The notes beneath the pieces are model-generated. The model did not search any database. It was not told the origin of the DNA and saw only the letters and a program-made list of their open reading frames with translations. DNA of 64,000 bases, filler included, from Basidiobolus ranarum (taxonomy: Eukaryota): the NCBI GenBank assembly GCA_040143965.1. It is 33 parts of 33 records of this genome, joined end to end, with 100 filler letters (N's around TTAATTAATTAA, not from the genome) between each part and the next. Parts side by side here need not be neighbours in the genome. Positions count along the whole stretch, not along the records: positions 1 to 1,854 come from JASJQH010004213.1; positions 1,955 to 3,807 come from JASJQH010004214.1; positions 3,908 to 5,759 come from JASJQH010004215.1; positions 5,860 to 7,711 come from JASJQH010004216.1; positions 7,812 to 9,662 come from JASJQH010004217.1; positions 9,763 to 11,613 come from JASJQH010004218.1; positions 11,714 to 13,563 come from JASJQH010004219.1; 26 more parts are not named here. One strand, written 5' to 3'. This document shows, one piece after another, positions 1-12,859 of this stretch. How positions within the stretch are numbered: position 1 is the stretch's first letter; every line of letters begins with the position of its first letter. The translations under genes were made by a program, and so were the position numbers.

Positions 1-26
1 TATATGACTATTTAGTTGAGGGAGAG

Positions 27-372
27 TGTTGAAATTAGCATTGCCTAAGCACCTATATAGTCATATATAGCTTAGTACTTAGTTATCTTATAACTCACTA
101 AGATATTATCAGTTATCCTCAATTGGAATTTACTTAGAATATTTTTACCTACTTAGAGTTCTCAGATATATAGATTTTTCAAACTTGTGCTAAAAGCCCC
201 AAACTTTGCACACATGTTCCTGGGACCTTCCTTAACACATTCTACATGTTATTTTGCCTATATCTTGACAAAACTATAAATGTCAACTTTCTACTCAATA
301 AATCAATAAGTGAAAACCACCAATTCCTCTAATTCTCCAAACCACTTCCAAAGGCTCCCAAATACTTTAACA
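27..372 (+). mobile_element. Copia family-A 3' LTR (346 bp)
   Basis: TGTTGAAATTAG...CTTTAACA termini, preceded by polypurine tract GAGGGAGAG; the same junction follows RNase H at 28883; about 12 copies in the window. Confidence 0.93.
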
Positions 373-633
373 AAGTATATGGAAGAGTTTGTTATATAAT
401 TTTATGATGTTGTATATGTTGTAGATCAATTGTTGTGCACCAACATATAAAGTTACTTAACTCATACAACTCCTATTCAATTTGCATAAGTATATGTATA
501 CTTAATCAAGATTGCTAACAAGCCTGCTGACCTCATCCAGTGACTCGATCAAGTGTTCTATCACATGATCATTATCCAATCAGTATTAACAACTGAGTCA
601 TCTCCCAAGACTCAAGTCAATATGAGTCATAAG

Positions 634-980
634 TGTTAAAGTATTTGGGAGGTTGTTGGATGTGGCTTAGAGAATTAGAGAAACTGGTGTTTTCACACAT
701 TGATTTATTAAGTAGAAAGTTGACATAAATACTTTTGTCAACATGTAAACATACTAACATGTAGAATGTGCTAAGGAAGATACAAGGAGTATATGTGCAA
801 AGTTTGTGGCTTCTAGCACTAGTTCAAATAATCTCTATAACTGAGAACTTCTAAGTTAGTAAAAATATTCCAAGTAGGTTCCAGTTGAGAATAATGGGTA
901 ATATCTTAGTGAAATGTAAGATAACCAAATACTAAGCTTCATATGACTATATAGGTGTTAGGGCAATGCTAATTTTGCCA
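634..980 (-). mobile_element. Copia family-A LTR, diverged
   Basis: Reverse-complement match to 27-372. Confidence 0.88.
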
Positions 981-989
981 AACAGAATC

Positions 990-1740
990 ATAACCAATGA
1001 TCTTTCACTGCCATGACTTAAGCCAATATAGGTCTCACTTATCTATCTATAAATATATCCAATCATATTTTATTTTATCAAAATTAGTAATCCATTATCT
1101 TTGTGCTGACCAATTAACATTGCTATGAAAAAGTATAAATATAGCTAACTAAATCTTTTGGTTTAGTGTATATCTCGACAAATATTTGATTTCAGCATAT
1201 CTCAATGCATCTCAACAAATTCAATATACCTCTCTTGTTTCTATCAAAACCTACTTTTCATTTGCACCTACAGAATGCAATCCTAGATGCCTAGCACACC
1301 TACTCTCTACCATAACATATATACCACAGCTATTCACAACACTCATATTAGTTAGATTAGCCCTGCTAATATTTCTTACTTTAATAGTCAAGTTCAAGCC
1401 TTTTATTGGATAATTAATCTTTATTCAACATCATAGTTAACTTCAGTTATGATACATATATCAGAAACAGAAAGCAACATATTTATAGCCCCTATATTCT
1501 AAATAGGAATATCTCTATATCTATATAACAAGTTTGTCTTATTACCCCCACTTATCTATTATATCTTACTGCACAAACTCCTGAATATCTCCAACAATTG
1601 ATTTACTTTTCTACTATATAGGGCACCATATACTCTTAAGAATAAAGCAACTAAAACACACTATCATAAGTTGCTTCTAATACACAAAGTCTAACCCCAT
1701 TATGTCAAGATCCTCCATCAACTTTTTATCTACTTTTCTC
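990..1740 (-). pseudogene. Degenerate repeat, possibly the AP-endonuclease region of a non-LTR retrotransposon
   Basis: Related copies at about 24776-24985 and 52533-52720; stop-ridden minus-strand peptides (SDICIITE, GIYVMV, ETYIGLSHGSERS) loosely follow APE motif order. Confidence 0.4.
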
Positions 1741-1748
1741 TTGGACAC

Positions 1749-1854
1749 TGTTAAAGTATTTGGGAGCCTGTTGGAAGTGGTTTGGAGAATTAGAGGAATT
1801 GGTGGTTTTCACTTATTGATTTATTGAGTAGAAAGTTGACATTTATAGTTTTGT
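1749..1854 (-). mobile_element. Copia family-A LTR, cut by contig end
   Basis: Matches the LTR-A terminus TGTTAAAGTATTTGGGAG. Confidence 0.88.
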
Positions 1855-1954
1855 NNNNNNNNNNNNNNNNNNNNNNNNNNNNNNNNNNNNNNNNNNNNTT
1901 AATTAATTAANNNNNNNNNNNNNNNNNNNNNNNNNNNNNNNNNNNNNNNNNNNN
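1855..1954. other. Artificial contig linker (first of 32 identical ones, about every 1.95 kb)
   Basis: N44-TTAATTAATTAA-N44, with stop codons in all six frames; flanking contig lengths fall steadily from about 1854 to 1833 bp. Confidence 0.98.
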
Positions 1955-2687
1955 GTTTATGAAACACTGATAGCGTGAAATTGTCATATATCAAAAAAAT
2001 CAATGATAGCCTATTAATACAAGCGATTTCACTACAATCAAATGAAAAATGTCTGTCAATAAAAATCTTGAGCGGCTGTATTGGCTTGATATGGCTCAAT
2101 CCGTTCACAATTTCACCCAATTAGAAGCTTACATGATTGAATAAATAATTAGCTGATCTAAGAATGATGAATCAAGCAATTCTGATCACTACCATCATAC
2201 TGCAGATTGATCCATCATTAAGTGCTGTGATTTGCCACCGGTGTGCCAAAACTACTGGTGTTTTGTAATGGAGGATCTGTTGTGCCCAATTGAAAATCAG
2301 GATACTGTGTTAGTGGGGGACAAATGATAGGCCTAAAAACATGTGAATGTCTTGGTTATAGATTTGATTGGGTAAGTTACAGTATAAATTATTTATTGTT
2401 ATACATTCAGTAATTTGTAAGTTAAAAACTAGGGGATGAATTTACTTTGTCAGTTACCCAAAATTGTAATTTGGCAATAGTAAATTGGGTAACTTGGTAC
2501 GGGCTGGCACAATATCTCCAAAAAAATCATTGTGTCCAATTGCGGTGGGATAGTGCCATATTGTTCCTTATAGTGCCCAATCGAGTGTTATAGGACCCAG
2601 CCATGTTAATTGACAGATCACGGCAGATGGTGTGCTAGCAGGCTGGATTGAGCAGCATGATCTGACCTGGTCCAATGGAACAAGTCT
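1955..2687. mobile_element. End of a TIR DNA element (PHIS/Harbinger-group-like)
   Basis: Last ~330 bp closely match 27300-27633; ends CAATGGAACAAGTCT followed by AAT; terminus shared with the MITE at 49893. Left boundary is unknown. Confidence 0.65.
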
Positions 2688-2689
2688 AA

Positions 2690-2990
2690 TGAGATTCCTG
2701 TTCTTTTTGATACTCTTGATGACCAGAACATAAAGTCTAAAATATCCAAATAAAGGCATGCATTTCATTCAAGTTCCTATAGCAATAAACCCAGTAATTT
2801 GCCATATGAGAATTTGTTCTTACCAATAATTGTTGGAAATTAAATGATATATGTCAAAATAAAGGAGCACTCTTTCTCCGTATGTGATTACTATCATAAT
2901 ATAATTTAGAAGCCACTGTCTCACCATCAAAATCTCTAGCATAATGCAAGCCACCATTTTTATGATGGATTTAGAGAGCATGTGCTCTAG
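2690..2990 (+). mobile_element. Diverged right arm of the CACTA element
   Basis: Similar to 24440-24740 (AAACCCAGTAATTTGCCAT...CACCATCAAAATC). Confidence 0.7.
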
Positions 2991-3541
2991 ATGGATGGTT
3001 CCAAAATCAAATGCAATAAGGTGGTGGCTGGATATAAAAGCTATGAATGGATGGCCAAGCATTGAATCACCAATAAAAGTACTAGTATTGCATCTGTGGT
3101 TTTGAAATTCTTTTTCACAGCAGCATGTTGTCCTGCTGCAGCCCTGTGGCAAACTTTGACAGAATCAATAAGTTGGTTCAAAAGTAATCCCTAATTTTTT
3201 GAACATCTTGAAGTCAAGAATTCCTGTATATTGAATATATGCTAGTGTTAATATTTGTGATGGCTCTTTAGAAATGGTGGAAGCGCAATCAATATTTGGC
3301 ATGTTTTAAGATTTCTGCATGGTTGGAAAGCTCTAATTTGGATATTACAATTGCAGTTAAATATGTTGAAAATGATTAAGCTTTGATACAACTCTAGGTC
3401 ATAGAGAATACTATGCTTTTTATTGCTCTGAAAGAGTATTGAAAGATAGCAATATACAATTTTTATTCTTCTTAAAAGGTGCAGAATATTGTTTAAATAT
3501 TTACAAAACTACAGCACCCAATTATCAGAATCTAATTAGAC

Positions 3542-3697
3542 TAATGAAAGTGTTTAGGGGATTTGGAAGTGTTTTGGACAAGATTAGGAATTGCAAATTA
3601 GACACTTACTTTTATTGAACTGAACATGTCCTATTTATAGTTTACTATAAAATAGAACTATTTGATATGTTTAGATCATAACAAATATGCCTATCAG
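3542..3697 (-). mobile_element. Partial Copia family-E LTR
   Basis: Similar to the start of 47041-47390. Confidence 0.65.
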
Positions 3698-3907
3698 CCT
3701 CAGTAAGTAGTGGCTGATGCAAACATTATCCACCAGAACCAAACATGTCAAGAAATGTTGATGAAAGCCATAAGACATGAACTTTGAAGTGGTTGGATTT
3801 GATCTATNNNNNNNNNNNNNNNNNNNNNNNNNNNNNNNNNNNNNNNNNNNNTTAATTAATTAANNNNNNNNNNNNNNNNNNNNNNNNNNNNNNNNNNNNN
3901 NNNNNNN

Positions 3908-4598
3908 GATGATGTATTCCATATACCAAATATAGCCAAGAATCCACTCCCAATAAGCTATGCAACAACTCAAGGACTAAATTCTGTGTTCAGCAAGGCT
4001 GGATGCACTATCACAGATCAGAATAATACCAAATTAGCCACTGGAATCAAAACTCAAAACTTATACAAGCTAGAAATCAACATAATGCATTCTGTGCATG
4101 CAAATTAGGCCAAAACTGGTGCAATAAGCTCTCAAATGTGTCATAGAAGATTAGGCCACAATGGGGAACAAGGCCAATCTGTTGCATTTATAGCTGAAGT
4201 GCCAAAGTACCATATGTTGACAGACTAGGTTAAGGTCCTTAGCAATATAGGCATAGCATACAAGGACTGGTAGCACAGTGGTTAGAGCACCTTGCTAGAG
4301 TGAAGGAAGTCACAGGTTCAAATCCTGGCCAGACAAATGGTTCTCCCTGAATAATTGAAAATCAGGCCATATTATCAAAGATTACAAAAAAAGGAGGTTT
4401 GCCAATAGCTAAAATTGGAGCAAACAAATCAAGTCAGCTCTGTTAGAGATCATCAATTTGTGTCTGCACTATTAGTACCCACTAAGGAAGAATCAGAAAT
4501 GTGATACATTGATGCAGGAGCCTCTTAGCATATGTCAAACAAGAAATATTTGTTTTCCAGCTTAGCCCATCCACACTAGGAATGTCTGCTCAATTGAT
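3908..4598 (+). pseudogene. Rearranged Copia pol/gag fragments (GAG-pre-integrase, then zinc knuckle/protease), split by the tRNA-like element
   Basis: HRRLGH motif before 4170; after ~4357 it aligns to the knuckle/protease region at 57400-57590. Confidence 0.8.
4170..4356 (+). mobile_element. tRNA-containing short interspersed repeat, copy 1 (cloverleaf 4264-4336)
   Basis: Matches 35141-35334 and reverse 7548-7711. Confidence 0.85.
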
Positions 4599-4978
4599 TA
4601 TTGGGAAAATATGGGCTGTTTGGAGGAACTTTAGAATAGTGGAGTTGTGAATAGCTTTGTGAGATAGTTATTTATTATCCAGAATTAAGCATTTATACTT
4701 TTTGATAAAAAAATATAGAAAACTAACACTGGGTTTGTGTTCAGAACATCTGTGGGAGTTAAATGAGCTATCTTTGGGGCAAATTGGACAAGTTTGAAAT
4801 TTCCAATTTGGAATTGCTAATTCTCACATTATTCATATATATATATATAATATATGTTCTGACTTCAGCTAAGTGATATGTGACCAAGTAATGTCAACTA
4901 ACTTATATGCAATATATGAAATAGTTAGGTGTATAAAGATAGATATAACAAATATGATAAAGACAATAAACTTCAACA
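4599..4978 (-). mobile_element. Copia family-D 3' LTR
   Basis: Adjacent to polypurine tract (CTCCCACTC on plus) and RNase H; second copy at 42215-42591. Confidence 0.88.
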
Positions 4979-5759
4979 CTCCCACTCAACTAATTATTCA
5001 TATATCTTAATTCTAACTCAAATCTTAATTCTTCAAATTTTGGCTTAGGTAATGGTTTGTTAAGTATGTCAGCAAGCATGTCCTCAGTTGGTCAGTACTG
5101 TAGTTGGACATGCTTATTCTCAATAGCTTCCCTAACAAAGTGATGTTGAATGTCAATGTGCTTACTTCTAGCATGAAATTTGGGATTTTTAGCTAAAGAA
5201 ATACAACTTTGATTATCCTTGAAAATATGGTGGGTGAACTTTGAAAAATGCCCAAGTCTTTAAACAGTTTCCTTAGCCTCATAGCCTCCTTTGTTGTATG
5301 TGATGCTGCCATATATTCTGCTTCTGTTGTTGAAAGTGCTATGGCAGGTTGTTTCTTGCTGTTCCAAGATATGGCTGCTTCACTATAGAGAGAGGTATAT
5401 CCAGTGATAGATCTTCTGTCCTCAATATCACATCCCCAATCTGCATCACTTAGCCCAATGAGATCCTTATTCTGATAAGAATATATGTATCTTAATCCTA
5501 GATCAATTGTTTCCTTCTAATATCTGAAAATCCAGTAAACTGCTGCATAATGCTCAGATCGTGGGTTTTGCACATATTTCATTGTAGTCCGCTCCTTCCA
5601 TTTGAGAGTATCCTTTAGCCACAAGTCTAGCTTTATATCTTTCTACAGACCCATCAGCTTGCTGTTTAACTTTAAACACCCATTTGCATCCAATTGATTT
5701 TTGGGCATCAGGTAACTTAACCAAAGTTTGGGTTTGGTTATATATGAGTGACTGATACT
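4979..5759 (-). pseudogene. Copia RT/RNase H relic with internal deletion
   Basis: SDADWG, ALSTTEAEY, KHIDIQHHF and ADILTK motifs on the minus strand. Confidence 0.92.
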
Positions 5760-5859
5760 NNNNNNNNNNNNNNNNNNNNNNNNNNNNNNNNNNNNNNNNN
5801 NNNTTAATTAATTAANNNNNNNNNNNNNNNNNNNNNNNNNNNNNNNNNNNNNNNNNNNN

Positions 5860-7547
5860 TAATCACAAGCACAGTCACTGTACAAAGCCACCAGTTGCAC
5901 AAAGCCTGGTGTATAACAACAGTAATAAGTGCACTAAATTGACTTTAGTTTTGCCCATTGAGTCCACTGAGTGTACTTTGCCTCAAAGTTTGGTAACAAT
6001 GCCAAAAGTCAAGATACCATGGAGTTATCACAGTTATGTGACCAGCATGATGTAGGTAGAAATGCAACTTTGGTCAAACCATTAAGTCCAGGCAACTTTG
6101 TGGACTTGCTGCTAGATGTTGACCTTAGTTATTCCAGTACTGATGGTAGTATATCAGAAGTTGAAGAAGAAGATGATGGTTTTATTACGGACTTCTTGTT
6201 ATTGGCAAACAATACTCCACTCATAACACTTACTGTAAAGGAAGCAGCTTTGATTATTCAGGAGCGGAGAGTTCAATCCAATCTTAGGAACCAGGTGTTT
6301 ATTGGTTATCTTACAATTTCACAACAGTTGATTGGCAACTGTTGCTTGCCACAGACCTGGTACAAGTGGAAAACGCTTGTAAGTCATATGACTTACAATC
6401 CTTCAGTAATGAAACTACCTTCATGTCCAAATGGTTGTTTGGCTTTCACCAGTGATCTGAAAAACCTGAGGTCATGTACTGTTTGCACAGAATTGGTAAT
6501 CACTGAATTAGGTAAATATTGTTCATATTTGGCTCACATACCATTGATTCCCCATCTTAAAGTTTTGATGAAATCACCCAAATACAGATCATTGATCAAA
6601 CACCAAAGTACTGACTACAAAGCTGATGGCATTACCAATATACTTGATGGATATCACTACCCAAATCTGAAAATTCAAGGTTTCTTTGAGAACACATAAG
6701 ATCATACATTTGCATTGGCTCAGGATGGTTTCTTACTAAACATATATACCATTGGAAAGGCTTGCTGGCCAATAATTTCAATCAACTCAGTCTCCCTCCT
6801 TCTGAACAGTATAAGAGTTGTAATATTTGATACTATCCATCATATCTGGACCTAAATCACCAGTGCTTATAGATAGCTTCTTGGAGCCTTTGATTGTGGA
6901 ATTTGAACAGGTATCTAATGGGGTTCAGATGGGTGAATATTTTGTTATAGCTATTATCATTGTATGTATAGGTGACACTCCTGCCATCAGTAAACTTGGA
7001 GGTTTTTGCAGGCACAATGCACTATCTTGCTGTAGATTTTGTCAAATTAATGGAGTCTACTCAATCAGGCATACACATTACTACTATCCAAATACAAAAT
7101 TAAACTCCATGATATTACTGTCAAGAGCCCGGTCAGATTTCAACATGATCACTGATAGCAATTCACCAAATAGTCAGTCTAACATCAAACTTGGTATTAG
7201 CTGTAGGCCTAAGATTATATTGCTAAAGGGGATCAGCTGGAGCCAGAGCTTCCCATTAGGTTCTACGCACTTACTATTAAACAATATTCCAATACTACTT
7301 ACTTAGCTATATAGTGGAAAATACAACATTATGAGCCATTCAAGGTAGGATCAAAGTTTTAATCAAACTGGAAAATGCTTGAAAACATCAAGATACCATC
7401 ATATTTTACCAGGACTCCCATCATTATCCACTTAGCTTGGCATTTATTCAGGTGCAAAGACTGAAAGTATTGAATTTGTGAATATTCAAGTGGAATGTTG
7501 AAAAGATTTCTGCCTGATATAGTATTGGTGCCATTGGGAGTTGTTTG
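5860..7547 (+). mobile_element. CACTA/EnSpm (Tnp2/Transposase_21-like) transposase pseudogene
   Basis: CPNGCLAF..CxxC, CWPII, ISGPKSP..IDSFLEPL, GDTPAISKL and CRFC motifs; stops and frameshifts. Confidence 0.88.
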
Positions 7548-7711
7548 TATTGAAATTATTTAGGGAGAAATATTGGTCTGGCCAGGATTTGAACCTGGGA
7601 CCTCCTTCACTCTAGCAAGGTGCTCTAACCACTGAGCTACCAGTCATTGTATGCTATGCCTATATTGCTAGGGAACCTTAACCTAGTCTGTCAATGTATG
7701 GTACTTTGGCA
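7548..7711 (-). mobile_element. tRNA-containing repeat, copy 2 (cloverleaf 7574-7646), abutting CACTA transposase
   Basis: Reverse complement of copy 3; cut by contig end. Confidence 0.85.
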
Positions 7712-7811
7712 NNNNNNNNNNNNNNNNNNNNNNNNNNNNNNNNNNNNNNNNNNNNTTAATTAATTAANNNNNNNNNNNNNNNNNNNNNNNNNNNNNNNNN
7801 NNNNNNNNNNN

Positions 7812-8072
7812 TAATTCTATGCCTATGAGAATTGTAAGCTAATGGTTCGATCAACGTTTGGATTTAAAGATGGAGAAGACCCAGATATTGCTGGGAGATT
7901 TCAACAAAAGCATCCTGATTCCTACGGCAAAGGCCATGTGGAAACAAGAAGGCATGCGAGTATTCTTTAGAGGATTGCTTCCAGCCCTCGTTGGAGTATT
8001 TCCATTTGCAGCGATTGATCTTTCCGTCTTTGAGTCGCTGAAGCACTCTTCCAACAATACTGACTCAATATT
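7812..8072 (+). pseudogene. Ca-dependent mitochondrial carrier (SCaMC/Sal1-like) pseudogene fragment
   Basis: FYAYENCK..DIAGRF, then in another frame EGMRVFFRGLLPALVGVFPFAAIDLSVFESLK; the intervening carrier helix is missing; interrupted by an LTR. Confidence 0.78.
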
Positions 8073-8383
8073 TGTTGAAGTATTTTGGGAGTTTGTTGGA
8101 AGTGGATTTTCGAACTAGAAGAATTGGTGGTTTTCACTTATTGATTTATTGAGTAGAAAATTGATATTAATAGTTTTGTCAAGAGGTAAACAAACGTATA
8201 GAATGTGTTAAGGAAGGGCCTGGGAACATGTGTGCAAAGTTTGGGGCTTCTAGGACAAGTTCTCAAAATCTCCCAAGTAAATTCCTCTTGAGAATAGTGG
8301 GTGATACCTTAGTTCAATATGGAATAACTAAATACTAAGCCATATATGACTATATAGATGTTTAGGCCATGTTAATTTCAACA
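8073..8383 (-). mobile_element. Solo Copia family-A LTR with 5-bp TSD ATATT
   Basis: ATATT at 8068-8072 and 8384-8388; TG...CA ends. Confidence 0.93.
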
Positions 8384-9502
8384 ATATTAACATCAACTAC
8401 CAATGTTGTTTCAGGTAGGATACTCCTACAATACCCTGAATAAACACTCCAATTGATAAGCACCAGTTCCGAACCGGATACAAGTGTATTTAGTGCTGTT
8501 ACTGATTGAATTAGAGGAAGGATCAACTGGACCTATACTCCTTTTAATTGGAACGAATATCGATCATAATAACCATTCACATACATCGAAGGAAGCTCTT
8601 ATCCTTAAGCTAACTCAAGTTAGATCGCTAAGTTGATAATCTCAACAGGTCTACACGTTTTCACTCACTTGTCAAAGGTCGCATTCCCCTTCAATAGCTA
8701 TATATATAATAGATGAAGCTAATTTAGAAAGAGATTGGACGTTGGGAATTTCTATGTCCATCCTGCAAGCAAAGGCAACATTATATTAATTTGCTACTTC
8801 AGTGCGAATATCCAATGACTGGGTTATGCATTGGTGTTATTGAAGTTGATGACCAAATTTCTCTATTTGGCAACTGTTCTATTGAACCCCAATGATCTAT
8901 TGGAACCATTGGCCATCGACATGGGAGAATCCTTTACCAGACCACCGAGCGAGACAATGTATTGCGTCTATCCTATGTCTATTTCTTGTCTGGAGTAATC
9001 AGACCTTGAAGCCGCTGTCATATTCTCCAACACAATCTACCAATACATTAGTGATTCATTGATAGTCTCTCCCCTGAAGATTCTTCCCATTCGAACTGTT
9101 TAGTACGGAATCATGCAATAGAACAGAGGATTTGCTTATCTAAGATGTGATGAGTATCATGGTCTTCGATCCAATCAGACATTCCAATTTATGTACTGTT
9201 TTAGACATCGAATCAAATGCTGGTGAAACCTTATGGCTCCTCGATAATCGTAGAACAAATCAGGGGCAAGTTCAAAGTTGGTTCAAAAGTAGGGTTTTTA
9301 CATAGAATATTATTCAGTGAGTGAAGGTATTAAGGTCAAAAGTAGATATCATACATATGCGTGTTCACACTTTGGTTATTCTCGGCACAGTAGTTGTTGG
9401 ATATATCAAGGGGGGGGGTTATGAATACCTGAAAATTAAATGAGCCATGGGAGCATGGAGATGGAATGGCAAAACTAAACTATATATCGCGTCATTGGTG
9501 GT

Positions 9503-9661
9503 CTATGGCTTTGGGTCCGGTTCAGATGGATCCACTGTCATGCTATGTAAGCTCATCTGATCGTCACCAGCAACAACAATTGCCGGTGAAGTCAAAACAT
9601 TCTTAACGCCATGGCCATCTGCTGCCAGTTCCCTACGAAGCAGCGCATCACTGTAAAGACT
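9503..9661 (-). CDS. Probable C-terminus of an unknown protein
   Basis: Open frame from contig end, SLYSDALLRRELAADG...EPDPKP*, in CpG-normal sequence. Confidence 0.4.
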   Translation of the reverse strand, partial: SLYSDALLRRELAADGHGVKNVLTSPAIVVAGDDQMSLHSMTVDPSEPDPKP

Positions 9662-11035
9662 ANNNNNNNNNNNNNNNNNNNNNNNNNNNNNNNNNNNNNN
9701 NNNNNNTTAATTAATTAANNNNNNNNNNNNNNNNNNNNNNNNNNNNNNNNNNNNNNNNNNNNGGTGGGAGTGAGTTACGCACAAAAATAAAGGGGATTAT
9801 CCAACATATTTCTGCGCCGTTCCTGGCGACAGTGTCTCAATGGTTGATTTTGATGAGGTTTTGCCAACACCATGGTTCTCATCGTTTCGTGGTGCTATTT
9901 AATAACGAACCCTATGTTTTAGGGGATATAGAACCCAAGTGCACGAGTCTTTTCATCTACAATGTTTCTGACAATAGTCGTACGAGAGAGAAGGGCGCTT
10001 CTTTGCCATGCTAACAGAGATACGAGTCAGACACCGAACTATGATATACCCTAGGCACCTTGTACTTGATTTCTAATCCATGCTCAGAGGCAACTTGCCT
10101 ATTGAAGTGCAGGTGATTTCCCCTATTTCCAGTAATAGCTTCGGAATCGTAATCACATAGCTTTATTTCCCCCTTTATGACCTAATCATGACTGCACTTG
10201 GCCAACATACTATGGAAACTTCACCTTGTCTAGTATGCCATGGGGCTAATGAAGTACTAGGCTTTGTCTCCTTGTATGGTACGAATTCCAACAAATCAAT
10301 GACAACCTTAGCCAATCACTCGAGGGTATCTACATCCTAGAAACAAAAAGCAATTTCACGCCCTAATAAAGGTAATTATAGATAAATCAGCTAAATTTCG
10401 ACTGAATAAATCAGTTGCATATGTTTACTTGATCAAATCGAATTAATATTTAATTCCGTATATGGTGCAGATTATTTTCGTCCTAATAACGTTGGTCTAT
10501 TGATGTTGAGTTTTCTTTGTGGGCCACTCTATGCAAGTTGCTTATTTAATCGAACTCATCTACGTAGTGATATCCTCTATTTGCAGCTGACTGAAATTTA
10601 ATAGTTGCTTTGAAATATACTGCTTAGGTATTGGGCTTGTGCTAATATATTCCAATCAATCGTGAATGATTTGAGAGGGAGCAACAGGGGGAGATTACTA
10701 AAAATGTATAAAGTGATTACTCTCCTATATATACCACTGGTATACTTGAAAAACCTTGACACAATGGTAGCACATGTTATAGGCAATACGCTATCCCATT
10801 TGCTTACCAAATACTCCGATTCGGTGTTCTTTTTTGTGAAATATTATAACAAAGAGCAATCGAAATAGTGGTCGAAGTATCATTATCAGTAGGTAGATAT
10901 TCATAGCCGGAGTATTATGTTGTGCTCTTTGCTTTCCCCTATATATTGCAATAATTTAAAAGTTTCAAAAACAAACATCAAGTTGTAACAAAGCCTTCAT
11001 TTTCTCTCTATTTCATTAAGCAGAATAGTACTAGG

Positions 11036-11382
11036 TGTTAAAGTATTTGGGAGCCTGTTGGAAGTGGTTTGAGAATTTGAGGAATTGGTGGTTTTCACTT
11101 ATTGATTTATTGAGTAGGAAGTTGACATTTATACTTTTGTCAAGATATAAGCAAACTAGCAGGTAGAATGTGTTTAGGAAGGTCCCAAGAACATGTGTGC
11201 AAAGTTTGGGGCTTCTAGCACAGGTTTGAAAAATCTATATATCTGAGAACTTCTAAGTTGGTGTCAATATTCTGAGTAAATTCCTCATGAGAATAATGGG
11301 TAATATCTTAGTGAAATATAAGATAACTAAGTACTAAGCTATATATGACTATATAGGTGTTTAGGCAATGCTAATTTCAACA
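11036..11382 (-). mobile_element. Full Copia family-A LTR, no matching TSD
   Basis: TGTTAAAG...TTTCAACA on plus; flanks CTAGG and GATGT differ. Confidence 0.92.
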
Positions 11383-11510
11383 GATGTTACATAACAACAT
11401 GGTGAAACTTAGGTAGCTAACTATATGACTATATAGAAGCTTAATCTATGTCATTTTCTGCATAGAAAATTGTAACTAACCCTTGCTTGCTCAAGTAATG
11501 ACCCAGACAG

Positions 11511-11613
11511 TGTTAAAGTATTTGGGAGCCTGTTGGAAGTGGTTTGGAGAATTAGAGGAATTGGTGGTTTTCACTTATTGATTTATTGAGTAGAAAGTTG
11601 ACATTTATAGTTT
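11511..11613 (-). mobile_element. Copia family-A LTR, partial
   Basis: Matches the LTR-A terminus. Confidence 0.88.
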
Positions 11614-11713
11614 NNNNNNNNNNNNNNNNNNNNNNNNNNNNNNNNNNNNNNNNNNNNTTAATTAATTAANNNNNNNNNNNNNNNNNNNNNNNNNNNNNNN
11701 NNNNNNNNNNNNN

Positions 11714-12859
11714 TAATACTATGTATCTCAATCTTTCTCACCAAGAAGTCTGTCTTGCAGCTTTCCTAGAAATATTCTCAGATTATCACACTAACAAACT
11801 AGTCCAAGTTATAGTTGTACTTACTCTGTGTCCATGGATTGGGTTTTGTTGCTGTTATTGTGCTCAAACAAAGCAAAACCCATGAGCACATTGAAAAGAG
11901 CCATTTGTGGGAACATTAATATACTCTGGAGTCTCCATATCCCATTACATTACATCTATCAATGTTTTTGCTGATGCACTGTTAATCAGATTAGCATATG
12001 ATAATACTGAAAATTTCACACAAAGGATCATTTCACCACAGGTGCGCTCCATTGGGAACTCTTGGAATGTATAACAAGTGTTTTAATCTCTAAGTATTGT
12101 GAAAGATGCAGCAGGGAATGTATTGAATTCCACAATAGATTCAGTCTATCTCCTCTAAAGCTGCAATAAAGCTTTCATATCCAATTAAAAAATCTTAACA
12201 CAGTTGCTCTATCAGCCTGAGATCTGCCAATGTGAGACAACGCCATAAAAGTATATTATCAATATCCACAATGAGCTGCCAATGTTGCCAATACTTATCA
12301 GGCAGAAATCTTTTCAAGATTCCACTTGAATACAGACAATTCCAATGCTTCCAGTCTTTGCATTTGAATAAATGCTTACATGAGTGAATATTGATGGGAG
12401 TCCTGGTAAAAATGATGGTATCTTGATGTTTTCATGCTTCTTCCTAATCAATTAAAACTTTGATCCTATCTCAAATGTCTGATTCCTATTGAATTATTCA
12501 CTATATAGCTGAGTATGTATTATTGGATTGTTGTTGAATAGTAAGTGCATAGTGCCTAAAGGAAAACTCTGACTCACGCTGAACCCACTTAGCAATATAA
12601 TCTTAGGCTTATGGTCAATTCTAAGTTTGATGCTTGACTGACTATTTGGTGAATAAATATCAGTGAGCTTGTTGAAATCTGACTAGGCTCTAGATAGTAA
12701 AATCATGTAATTTAGTGTTGTATTTAGTGAGTAGTAATGTATATGCCCAATAGAGTAAACTCAATTGATTTGACAAGATCTTGGGCAAGATAGTAGATTG
12801 TGTCCACAAAAACCTTCAGGTTTATTGAAGGCAGGAATGTCACCAATCTGTACAATGAT
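11714..12859 (-). mobile_element. CACTA transposase pseudogene
   Basis: Reverse match to 6960-7540 and 23680-24120 (SIHSLLHL, EFPMERTCG). Confidence 0.88.
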
